This document shows positions 50,437 through 61,529 of a DNA stretch of 64,000 nt, in pieces. Position 1 is the stretch's first letter; every line of letters starts with the position of its first letter. Under the pieces are notes generated by a model, which saw only the letters and a list, made by a program, of their open reading frames with translations, had not been told where the DNA came from and ran no database searches. Location of the stretch: contig CM060733.1 of assembly GCA_030704615.1 (NCBI GenBank), positions 25,048,001-25,112,000 on the forward strand, in the 5' to 3' direction. The position numbers and the translations under genes are program-made. This DNA comes from Takakia lepidozioides. Its lineage: Eukaryota; Plantae; Bryophyta.

Positions 50437-50700
50437 TGGATAGTGGCAGTGGACATGACTGGAGGCAGCTAACAAGACATGGAGGCCAAGCTCATAGGAG
50501 TCAATACATGAGATCCCAAGCTCAAGTTCACAAGTGCAAGACGGCGACTAACGATGGGGCAACTCTTGCACCCGGCCTCTTGATCTATCGAGTTTGAGTG
50601 TAGTAGGGATAGTGGTGGAGGACTTAGTGAGGCTATGGTCACTATCACATCTTGTGGCTATCTGGACTTAGAGGGACCTAAGCACCAGCTAGGGGGCGAT

Positions 50701-50887
50701 TGTGTGGACTAGTGACTGCCATAGTGGGCAGCATAGTGGCAGCCTAGTGACTGACTAGTTGTAGCCTAGTGGTTGGACTAGTGCTGGACTAGTGGTGGAC
50801 TAGTGGTATACTAGTGTGTGGTGTGCACATGTGTTGTGTGGTTTTGGACAGCGATGTAGTTGTGTAGCAATATGTATGCGCACGACA
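50701..50887 (+). repeat. Terminal repeat B, copy 1 (TG...CA, 187 bp), preceded by a PPT-like AGGGGGCGA (50691-50699)
   Basis: Direct repeat of 52971-53151; rich in (A)CTAGTG motifs. Confidence 0.92.
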
Positions 50888-50889
50888 GC

Positions 50890-51234
50890 TGTCAAGTTAT
50901 TTCACCACTAGTGTGAAACTAGCTAGGAAATAGCTAGTTTTTACATATTGACATTTGGGATTGGCCCAAGTGTCAATCCAGGGGTCAAGGCAGATTTAGA
51001 GCCTGGAGTGGTTATCTTCACGACAAGCGCGGGAGGCTCATCTTTCTCGAGTTGAGCCTCACCGCGCCTAGCTATGGCGCCGTAGTGTGGATTCCCCATG
51101 GCATGGGGTGCACTTGGCTTGACTTGTATTTGAGTGATGAGGTTATATATGCATGAGTTTATGCTTCACCTTTGTGAGCTCGCATGAGCTTGTGCTTGTA
51201 TTCTTCTTATTCTTATTCTTATTCTTATTCTTCT
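50890..51234 (+). repeat. Terminal repeat A, copy 2, ending in a (TTATTC)n expansion
   Basis: Matches 40068-40386; joined to B1 through the palindrome GACAGCTGTC. Confidence 0.95.
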
Positions 51235-52970
51235 TCTAACATGACAACTCCAGGTGTCACCATGGCGCGCTCAATGGCTGGCCTAGCTGGCAGCTCTATC
51301 AACCTGGCAGCTACAGCTTGCCATGGCGCAGTCGTGGCAGTCTTGACCCTCAAATCCGAGGATCCCTCCGGCACTACACCTCCCACTATCTCCGCAGAAG
51401 ATGAAGTAACCTCCCCACTCTCACAGAGTGTAGCTGCCAGCCTGAACACCTCAGCTGGTCTTACCCCCGACGTCGCAATCATGGTAGCCGAGAACAATGG
51501 AGCCTGACACACAGATGTGGCCGCTCCTAGTAGCACACTAGCTGCCGTAGCCTTGGCAACACTAGGTAGTGGTGCTACCCGTGTAGCTCTCCCCAATGGC
51601 ATAGTAACCTCCGCCTCGGTAACAGTCGGGCGAGAACTAGGTGCCATGGATGGCATCGACACTGTCTCCGCCAATGTGAATGACTGAGGAAGCCTAGCTT
51701 GACGGCTTGCCTTCCCACGCTGTGGATCCAACTCCACCTCTACACCTCATGGCTCAAGAACTCGTGCTGCTCCTCGAGTCACGGCTGTAGCAGACTCCAC
51801 CTGCACTAGTGGTAGTGCTGCTCCACACATGAATCCATGCCTCCCATATCTCCTCCCTCAGGAGCAGGAGGTGGACCATCCGGCCTTAGAGCCGGTACCA
51901 CCTGAGCTGTAGCCATGGCAGCGAGCCTCTGCTCTAGCTGCTGAAGCCGGTTGGCCATGCTTTGGTCAACACCCTGACCTCCGCGTCCTTGGCCATGTTG
52001 AGCTGCCCTTGGCCTGCACCTCGTGGCTGGCCACCTCGTCCTCTCTGGGCTGCTCCACCTCGCCCCCGGCCACCATTGTTCCCTGGGAACTGGCCTGGGC
52101 GCAACTCAGGATGCAAACCATAACACTGGGCCTCTCCATGCCCGTGCCTGCCACAATGCCCACACTACAACTGTGCAGGCTGTGCATGTGCCGACCCTTT
52201 GCTTCCCTCTGGGCAATCCTTCTTGACATGGTGTCCTCCACATGTCCAGCACACCACATCCGTCCGTTGTTGGCCAGCAAATGAAGGGAGAGACCCCTGC
52301 ATCCGAGGTCCTCTCTGCCCTTTCCTGAGCTTCACCTGAGCCCCCTTGTTGCCTTGAGCACGTTGAGGTAGTGGTTGGCTAGGAGCACCACTACCCTGTG
52401 GTGTCTCCTTAGCAAATCCCACCATGATCACTCGTTCCTCCACCATGTTGAGCTCTATCCGCTCTGCCAGCAAAAACACATTTGCTAAGGTGGGTTGGGC
52501 AGCTTGTAGGAGAGTTGCATCCCGCACCCTTTTCCTCAGCTCCTTGTCCAATATCCCATACCAGAATTGGACTGCCTGAGCTTCCGTAACCTCTTGGGTT
52601 ACATTTATCAAGCGCCTCATGTGAGTGAAAGCCTCCCTCAAGCTCTCGGTCGGCTTCCGTTGGAACTCTTGCAAGCTCCGCAACTTCTCTGTCCTCACCC
52701 CTTGGTAGTTCCCTCTCAACTCTTCGAAGAACTCCACAACAGGGTTGAAGGCAGGCACGGGTACTAGTGCTGGTGCGGTAGTGGCTTGGGTGGATGTCGT
52801 AGCTACTGTACCACTAGTCCCACTAGTCCCACTGCTACTTGCTGAAGCTGCCGGTGCAGCGGCAGGTGTAGCCACTGCCCTCGTGGCTCTAGTGCCCCTA
52901 GTGATGGAGACATAGTCGGGTGACCAGTATATCCTCCACTCCTCGATCTCAACCTCATGCCCCCGCCTGA
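51235..52970 (-). mobile_element. Inverted copy of the gag / gag-protease linker (corresponds to 43643-45313)
   Basis: ORFs 52165..52875(-) and 51225..51737(-) reproduce peptides of 43.7-45.3 kb(+), e.g. MPLGRATRVAPLPSVAKATAASVLLG. Confidence 0.96.
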
Positions 52971-53151
52971 ACTAGTGACTGCCATAGTGGGTAGCATAGT
53001 GGCAGCCTAGTGACTGACTGGTTGTAGCCTAGTGGTTGGACTAGTGGCTGGACTAGTGGTGGACTAGTGGTATACTAGTGTGCGGTGTGCACATGTGTTG
53101 TGTGGTTTTGGACAACGATGTAGTTGTGTAGCGATATGTATGCGCACGACA
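52971..53151 (+). repeat. Terminal repeat B, copy 2 (lacks the first 7 nt of B1)
   Basis: actagtgactgccatagtggg...tatgtatgcgcacgaca matches 50708-50887. Confidence 0.95.
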
Positions 53152-53542
53152 TTGGTCTTAGCAGGCCATGTTTCAATCTATGCCCGCTTTGCTGCACCGT
53201 GGTGGTTCTCAGAGCCGCAATCCGACATTACCTAACTACAAACACAAGTAGCACACACAACCGAGAAACCAAGTGAAAGAGAGAGAGAAACTTGCACTTT
53301 TTATTAAAGAAAAACTAGGGTAGCCTGTGCCGTGGGCCCAAGTGTCCAATGTCATCTATGTCCAAATGCAATCCCCTATGTATCTAGAGACCCCACAGTT
53401 TGGGAGATCTAGGTAGCTTGCAGGACCATTGGCCCCCATTGGCCCATGTGTGCAGAATTGAAATCTAAGCCCAAGTGCAATCTCCTATGTATCCATGTGC
53501 GTCTCCCATGTAGAGGCCCAAGTGCGACCTCTAGTGTCCAAT

Positions 53543-53912
53543 GTCATCTAAGTCCAAGTGCATCAATATATGAAGCAAGCCATATCTAATCATTTTTTTT
53601 TTTTCACAAAGCCTACGAACAGATTTGAACCGGAGACCTTCCCTTGATATCTCTCATGTCTAGGCTCCAACCATTGTCCCAAGAATGCCCACTTTGCTAT
53701 TTTTGGGGAATTTCCAGCGACCTAAAGTACTTGAAATTCCATATCTCCCACACCGTAGGTCCAAAAATCATGAGACCAAGCACGTGCACCCCCTCCTCCT
53801 CATCATCTAAGTCCAAGTGCATCAATATATGAAGCAAGCCATATCTAATCATTTTTTTTCCACAGAACCTACGACCAGATTTGAACCGGAGACCTTTTCC
53901 TTTGATATCTCT
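53543..53912. repeat. ~112-bp direct repeat (53543-53655 and 53801-53912)
   Basis: tcatctaagtccaagtgcatcaatatatgaagcaagccatatctaatcattttt...agatttgaaccggagacctt occurs twice. Confidence 0.9.
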
Positions 53913-54233
53913 CCCCTCGAGGTTCCCATCATTGTGCCAAGTAAGCCTGTGATGCATGATTCCAGCGCAGCAAGCGTGGGAGATGGTGGGGCCCGCTGGC
54001 CTGAGCTCAGGGAGGCTCGGGAAGACTACTTGTCAAATGTCTTCCCCATTGTGAAGGTGGGGAGCGCTCCACACCTCCTGCTCCCTCCTCACACTCCCCA
54101 CCTTTAGGACCATGTTCCCCAACATTCTCCAATTTTGTTCCCCTATTCCCGGTCCAAGATCCTTGCTCCCCATACTATAACAGGGGAGTGGGGACCGCGA
54201 ATAGGGGAGCGAGCCACATTCCACAGGGCAAGT

Positions 54234-54400
54234 AGGGGAGCGGGGTCGGAACCGGGAGCGAGGAGGGGAGCGAGGTCAGGAAACCAGGGGCGAGGAGGGG
54301 AGCGAGGTCAGGAAACCGGGGGCGAGGAGGGGAGCGAGGTCGGGAACCGGGGGCGAGGAGGGGAGCGAGGACCGGGAACAGGGGAGTGAGCCGTGTTCCA
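54234..54400. repeat. Purine-rich ~31-bp minisatellite
   Basis: GGGGCGAGGAGGGGAGCGAGGTC(A/G)GGAAACC-like unit, ~4-5 copies. Confidence 0.85.
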
Positions 54401-56946
54401 TGGGGAGCGGGGACCAAGAACAGGGGAGCGAGGACAAGGGACAGGGATAGGGGAGCGGAATTGGGAACAAGGAGGGGACAGAGGGAACAAGGGAGCGTAG
54501 CGACGATCTTGGACTTAGGATTATTTTGGAGATGAAAAAATATATCAGTCCCATGTGCTACCTACCTATCAGCTGACATGACTATTCTGCCAAGATTGAA
54601 GCTCAAACCTCATCTTAGCAAGACACATCACCTAGCCACCGCACTACCATCTATGTCTAGCATTACACTCAATTTCCTAATGCTTTAATCTACAAATACG
54701 GGCTCGCAGGTGAGAGGGGAGCAAGGAGTGGGGATTTGACAGTGCGCCCTGCCGGAACGTTGCCGGTATGGCCATCCCCGGCGACCTTACTGGCAAGGCT
54801 CCCGCGGTTGCATTCAACTCGTCGGGTAAGCGTAGTCTTAGGTTCAAAGTTCAAAGCTCACCGAAATTCCATTTCCCGACAAAGATAACTTGGTTAAAAA
54901 AGAAAAAGAAAAAACTTGGTTTTTTAAATCCCCTAAGACACACTCACGGCGAGTGTGCCTTGGTTATTACGACATAAGGCACACTCACCGTGATCAGTTA
55001 TTGAACGAGCCATACTTCCATAAAGGAGATGTCGAAGAACTAAGTGTCACCACTCAGTTCTCTAAAACCAAGGACCAATATAATAAAAAATAAATAAAAT
55101 AAAACTACCATTTAGAGATCCAAGAAACTTAAGAACCAACAGCGCTTAAGACACAAACTTATGATGCTACAAAGAGAAGGGACCTTGCTAAAAGGCCTGC
55201 AGAGTCCAAGAAGTCCAAGTCCAAGAAGTCTATCTACGCGATGCAACCAAGGAAGGCCTTAGATGTGTCCAGTTAACGTCCCTGTCGAATTAGGGGGGAC
55301 ATTCTGGAGGGGGGTGCGGAGATCTCTCTATGATCCTCATTTACCTTTAAAAAAAATGACCTCGGTCCTCCGTCCTTTCTCTTTATTTATTTTATTTTAT
55401 TTTTCAGAACAGGGGACAAGCCTGGCCCTGAGGAATTTTATTAATAAAAAAAGGGCTCTTAATAAAGTTTCGAGGGCTACTTCCCTGTGATGATGAGATT
55501 CCCCCTTCACTTGTTTTTTCGCCTTAGATGAATGAAAGAGGGATATCAAAGGGATGGACGGAGTTAGGATGTAATTTGGATGAATTTTTACCTAATGCAT
55601 GAGGTTGAGCTGGGAGCAGCTTACGGCTTTTATTATATGCTGTCTTATTTTAACAGCTAGTTTAGGATTAGATTAGGATGGAATTGGATGATGTGGCTTC
55701 TTTCTATGGTCAGGCTGGAATGACATCTGGCTGACCTATGTGGAAGTGCCACATGGCATAGGGATTGGATTATGACCTAATGCTATTTAAACTACATTGC
55801 CGTGGCAGCAAGGGTGGTTTTTGCTCTCATCTTTGTACAACTGCTGAGTGACGGCGTGCTCAAGTGCTTGCATGAAAGTTGTGCGGATGTTTTAGTCTTG
55901 TTGCGTAAGATTCCGTCTTCTCCGCTTGGCTTGTCTACCGACTACATTCCCATGGTAAAGTTGAGCCCGGTAGAGGGGGAGGAACAAACCCATAGCGCCG
56001 GAATCATGCATCACATCCCCTTGTTCTATTTTTATAAAATGTTTTGAAAAGAAAGTTCAGAAAAACAAAATCAAAATCAACAATTGCAAATGAAGCAGCA
56101 CTGGAGGCTTAGGAAGCGTTGGAGAAAATGGGGAGTTGGTTGGTTGTTTCTTTCAGCACAAGGATGGTGCAGAGGGACAATTGTTGCAGCAGCTGCAGAT
56201 GTGAAGTTGTATTGAGAAGATGACGAAACAGTGACAATTTTGGAATTTGGGAGGATCATGTTTGCTTGTCAGGCATTTTTGGTTGATTGAGCAGCAGGGC
56301 AACAGCCCGCATTGATTTGTCAGTTGTTCAGTTGCTGTTCGGTTTTACACTACTGTAGTGTAGTGTAGAGATCGCATCAGAATTTGACAGAATGGGTCAA
56401 GGGGAGCATTCAGACTTTGACTGAAAGGGTCAAGGGGATGTGCTCCCCTGACATGGGTGGGCACTAGGGGAGGCAGAAGAGAGATTGGTTGGTGGGCCCA
56501 GACCCGCCAGTGTTTTGGAGTGGCAGCGAGCTAGCGAGGATGCGCGATGGCGTGTGGAATGCAGTTGAGCAGCTTGCGGAAGGAGGGTAGTCAGGGCAGC
56601 ACCAGCCATGGCTCATGGCCTGGGCAGATTTGTGACAGATTTAGAGCACTCGTGGCCGGGGGCCAGCTGACCAGCAGGCCCCGAGAAATGGGGGTGGCAT
56701 CAGCTGTTGCGGGACCCAGTACGCTACTCATGGAAGCATGTCCATGCTGGAGGCACACACTGTCAGCTCCTTGTCTATCTCGAGACACTGTGGATGTTGT
56801 GTAGCGTGTCTCTCTCTTTTGCTGGGGCCCAGGTTGTTTCTGTCTCACATGGGCCCTCTGTGGTCGTTATAAGTCTTTTTCTCTACTTCTTTCTCTGGGT
56901 AGTTGAAATTCTTGCCAATAGCGCGGTGTAAGTAGCGAGTTTAGAA

Positions 56947-59900
56947 ATGAAAATGGCGTACTCACGATCCTGTTGGTCCTCAATTGGTTTGGAATTATAT
57001 AACACAGCTTGCATGCACGCTATGCTTTTCCTTTTTATTTTGGTGGCTTGCTTTTCCTGTGATAATTTTGTACACGCACTATCACTGACGTCTCCAGGTA
57101 TACAGGGGGCATCTGAACGCGGAGTCCGAAGGGGCGTGGAAGGACTGCAGGCATCAGGGAATTTCACGTATGATATCAAGTTCTACACACAGACGCTCGA
57201 CCATTTTAGCTTCAGAAACGAGATCACATTCCAGCAGCGCTACCTCATCAACTTAGAGCACTGGGGGGGTGCGGAAAAGAAGTCTCCCATCTTCTTATAC
57301 TGTGGGAATGAGGGCGATATTGAATGGTTTGCGGTTAACACTGGTTTTATGTGGGACATTGCTCCACAATTTGGTGCGCTCCTCCTTTTTCCCGAGGTAA
57401 TTAGTCAATGTCAGCTTCTGAGGACTGCAGTTCTCATGATTTCACTGCTCATCACAATCCATAAAGGGAGATTTTGTTTTCTCGCTGCATGTTGAAGTTT
57501 CTACTAAGAATGGACCTTGCTTCTCTACGCAAATTTTACGGAGCTTAGGATACAGCGGTCATGGGGCCCCTACGCAAAGCCGTCTTGCAATGTGAGCGCC
57601 TAACATGGGATAAGAGTTAATTATTCGCCAATGAAACCAGGCTTAGTACAAACAGTGAAATGATGAATTTTTCTGGTATTTCTGTACACAAAGGTCGTGT
57701 TGTTGCAGTGCTCCCAGAGTTTCAATGAGACTTTGCAATTCGCTTAGAAACTCTTCGGACCCATTAAGGAAATACTACGTCCTTTGGCAGCACAGTGCCG
57801 ATTCATACTGTGCTATATTCTATATTCTCACGACATGGTGAGAATATAGACGATTAGCACTGACCAGCACGATCAGGGCACTAATTCTCCGAGGAGAGCA
57901 GAGGGCCAGCACTGATCAAGTTAGTTGGTGTTTGATATGTCATGAAAGCATCGGTATTATGGAGAGTCCCTGCCTTACGGTACCCGACAAGCGGCTTACA
58001 ATGGTAGCGAATCCTTGGCCTTCCTCACAGCAGAGCAGGCAATTGCTGATTATGTTACGCTAGTCACTGATCTCAAGAAGAACTTGTCGGCGGAAGCTTG
58101 TCCAGTTGTTTTATTTGGTGGTTCCTATGGTGGAAGTAAGTTTTTCAGGGTGAACTCAATTTCGCCCCCACATTAGCTCTGATGAGTATTAATTTTCTTA
58201 TTCTCAAGCCTTGTGCATGCAAGTGGGAAAATTGTGGCCACTAGAATATTATCACTGCTTAGAGTACTGTGTTTTCCCCAGTCATATGGAGGCATTACCA
58301 CTTCATTATCAGAGGAACAGAGGAAAGCCAGTACCTCCTTTCAACTTTAATCTTAGCTTTTGAAAATAGATTTGTGCATATCATGCTGTGTTGAAGCATT
58401 TCAGAAGTAACATCAAAATGTTCCTGCATTTTACTCTAGAGCATTTGCCACAGTTTTAATCTGGAGTGCCAATTGGATGGTTTTGCTTTAAGCCCCTGAG
58501 GATTGTTTGTGATTTGCCCGGGAAATGCAGTGCTAGCAGCGTGGTTTCGGTTGAAGTATCCACATATTGCAATTGGTGCCTTGGCATCTTCGGCTCCCAT
58601 CTTACAGTTTGAAGACCTTTCCCAGACTGACGCATTCTACAGGATTGTGTCTGAAGACTTTAAGGTTTGTACAGCTGGCATGCACATGATTTCATTGGCA
58701 CTGGCCTACCTTATTTCGCACAGGTCACATTGCTCAGGCATAGCTTCTGTTAGCAAGGCCCAATAATTCCTAACTTCTGGATAGTCCAGTGGAGACAGCC
58801 TGAAATATCATGGAACCAGTTTCAGGCTCCTCGGTAGACCACCTCCAATAATGATTGCATGTGGTGAAGGAAATCAAATCAAAAAGCCTTCCATGGGCCT
58901 ACGGTCACCTATACCTTTCAGCAATCTGGTGTTGGACCGAAGGATGGCAACAATTCAAGGACCGTGCCTCTATACCAGGTTGGGCGGTTTTGGAGGGAAA
59001 CACTTCATCAGTTGCCTGCACTTCATTTTTGGTGCCAAGATCAACAGCATTCCAGTTAAAAGATGTTGTGGTCCGAGCTGTCAATTTTGGGCACAAAGCA
59101 ATCTTTTCGTTGGTTTTGGCCTTATCTGGTTCACCAGCCAAATCTATGCCTGGAAAATCCGCCATTCAGGATTTGCCTCTTTGTTTTAGTAGGTCCAAAG
59201 TACTACTACGAATTCTACGGTTTGGACTGCTGGAGGCTAAGAGGATACATTCTAATTGGATGCAGCGTGAGAGCATCAGCTGTTTCAAGGTGATCCAGGA
59301 ATCCTGGGCTGTCATAGCTGCAATCAACACCAAAGAAGGACTCCACAATCTTAGCACAAAGTTCCATATGTGCAGGTAGAGCTTCACTACCATAATCTGC
59401 TCATATCCTGCAATGAAGTCCTCCCTTTGCTGTGCTATTCAGGTGTCCTAGTGCTGGATGCTAATTATCTGTTTCTGCTGTGCCAGAGATCTTCAAGCAG
59501 CAGGGTACCTAAGGAATTGGTTGGAGGAAGCCTATCTTGAACTGGGAGAAGTAAATTATCCAACTCCTTCAGATTTTCTGGCACCTTTACCTGCATTTCC
59601 TATCCGAGAGGTATCTTCATCCTATTAGCTGCAAAATTGGGTGCTGGTGACTGTGAGCATCTTTTGTTGGATTTTCCATTGTATTTTTTTTCAGGACTCT
59701 CTGCATTTTTTGAGCACTGATAATGGAGGCAACTTCTTTGCCAGAAAATTAACATGTCACAGTGAGTTCCTTGCATGGTCAGATAAACCAAACACGTCCC
59801 ATAACTTTTGTACAGTACACCCTTCACTTCCTAAGTTTAAATTGTTTCCTCTCTCCTCTCTCTTCTCAAAATAGAATGCTGAATGTTGTGCCCTCATTCA

Positions 59901-61283
59901 TCTTTGTTGCAGGTGTGCAAGGCCATTGATAGTCTACCACAAGGTTCAGACATTTTGTCTCGATTGTATGCAGGTGCCAACATCTACTACAATTACAGTG
60001 GCAATGTGGATTGCTTTGATACAGCTCATTCCAACCCCTACTTAGGATATGATGGGTGGTCTTGGCAGGTCTGCGTCTCTCCAAACTCTCCATCCCATGA
60101 GGTGTAACAATGATATTCCACAGACAGAGAGCTATTTGAACTTTATAATGCTATTTGGTGTTTTTCAGTGGACCTTGTGAAGTTCACTAATTTTCTTGAA
60201 GTTTGATCTATTGGCATTGACAGGCATGCACTGAGATGGTGTTTCCAGCGAGCAGCAATGCAAACAATAGCATGTTCCCATCCTTTCCTTGGGATTATGC
60301 ATCCTATGAACAAAGCTGTTTCCAGTTCTATGGCGTGAAGCCAAGACCAAACTGGGTGGTATCAGAGTTTGGCGGACGGGTCAGTGGTTTCTCTTCACCC
60401 TTTTTTTGTCCACACTTCATCTTCTGTGCTTCTGTATGATATCCTCGACCCACAACACCTGCAGCAAACATCTAAATCTGTCAGCCAATGAAGCTTTTCT
60501 TGTCTGGCAATTGCCAATGATGCAAGCCATTCTAATGAACAGAGAATTTTCACATTGTATGCAGGATATAAAGGCAGTGTTGAAGCACTTTGGAAGCAAC
60601 ATCATCTTCTACAATGGGTTGTTGGATCCTTGGAGTGGTGGAGGGTAAATCTGTTCTTACCACCCTTTCCTATCTGAGACTTTATGGCTTGGAGGCATGA
60701 TATGATTTCTAATTCATAGAATCTTGATTATTAACAGGTATTTTCAAAATAGCAAAGACAAGATTAGAGAATTGAGAAATGCTGGGTGGAAGTGGAGATC
60801 TAATGGGTACATGGCATTGTATGTGTGCAGTGTTCTGCAGAACATTTCCAGCAGCATTGTGGCACTTGTTGCTCCTGAAGGTAGGCAAAGTGTTATTGTG
60901 TGTGGAATCCTTGTTTGTGTACTCTAATAGTTCATGTCTATCAAGGTGAGTCACACTGCCGGAGTTGAGCCCCTCACGAAAGTACTATACCCAAACTGGG
61001 CGTGGGGTCTATGGCCACAAGGCTACGGCAAACAACGTCTTATGAGTACATTCTAATAGTTCATGTTGACACGCTCAGTGCTAAAGTGGCATGAGCTTTC
61101 TGGTAGCAGCAAGCATGATGTTTTCGACAGTATTAAATCTGGAGCCTCTTGATGGCAGGAGCTCACCACTTGGATTTGAGGGGAGCCACAAGATATGACC
61201 CCGAGTGGTTGGTCAATCTGCGTGAATCAGAGCAGGCACTCATTCGGCAGTGGCTTAATGAGTATTACCAAGACAGACTCTGA
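56947..61283 (+). CDS. Serine peptidase family S28 (lysosomal Pro-X carboxypeptidase-like), 10 exons, ~523 aa
   Basis: Exons 56947-57396, 57949-58135, 58531-58664, 59266-59375, 59487-59610, 59913-60068, 60224-60379, 60565-60644, 60831-60880, 61159-61283 are GT-AG and in frame. Motifs QTLDHF, GNEG, EHRYYGES, GGSYGG (Ser), NGLLDPW (Asp), GAHHLDL (His). The start ATG could be a slightly later one. Confidence 0.95.
60938..61051 (+). mobile_element. 114-bp LINE/SINE 3' tail insertion with a 15-bp TSD
   Basis: TCTAATAGTTCATGT at 60923-60937 and 61052-61066; the insert resembles the LINE 3' UTR at 30313-30430. Confidence 0.85.
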
Positions 61284-61529
61284 AAGTTGTAGCCTTTGAT
61301 ACTGGGCTTGCACTGAAATTTTTCCAGTTGATAACAAAGGCTGGCTCCCTAAACTAGGATATTACAGCTCAGTGCAAAACCCCCCCTCGCATGGTCACAT
61401 GCTTGCAAAGAGTGAATGCAATCCATAACCAGCTCATCTGGTTGAAAAATACCTCATTTTGGCATTCAAAACCCTGGATTAGCAGATGCACATCATACCA
61501 CAGGGAGGAGTCTTAAGGATCTTATTCAG

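Larger units (their letters stand above)
40068..53151 (+). mobile_element. Ty3/gypsy retrotransposon carrying a DNMT3-like methyltransferase and a PHD finger; atypical termini; decayed
   Basis: Begins TGTC, ends GACA, flanked by TTGG (40064-40067 and 53152-53155). Domain order is gag-PR-DNMT-RT-RH-INT-PHD with many frameshifts. Confidence 0.9.

Noticed and set aside
40068-53151. DIRS/Ngaro tyrosine-recombinase element (suggested by the split repeats and a methyltransferase)
   Set aside because: It has an aspartic protease and an HHCC/DDE integrase; I found no tyrosine recombinase motifs, and the MTase is C5-cytosine type rather than the DAM-like adenine MTase of DIRS1.
54033-54554. Gly/Arg/Glu- or Pro-rich ORFs
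   Set aside because: Translations of the purine-rich minisatellite.
58665-59265. Overlapping ORFs in S28 intron 3 as a nested gene
   Set aside because: No recognisable motifs; the S28 exons splice in frame without them.
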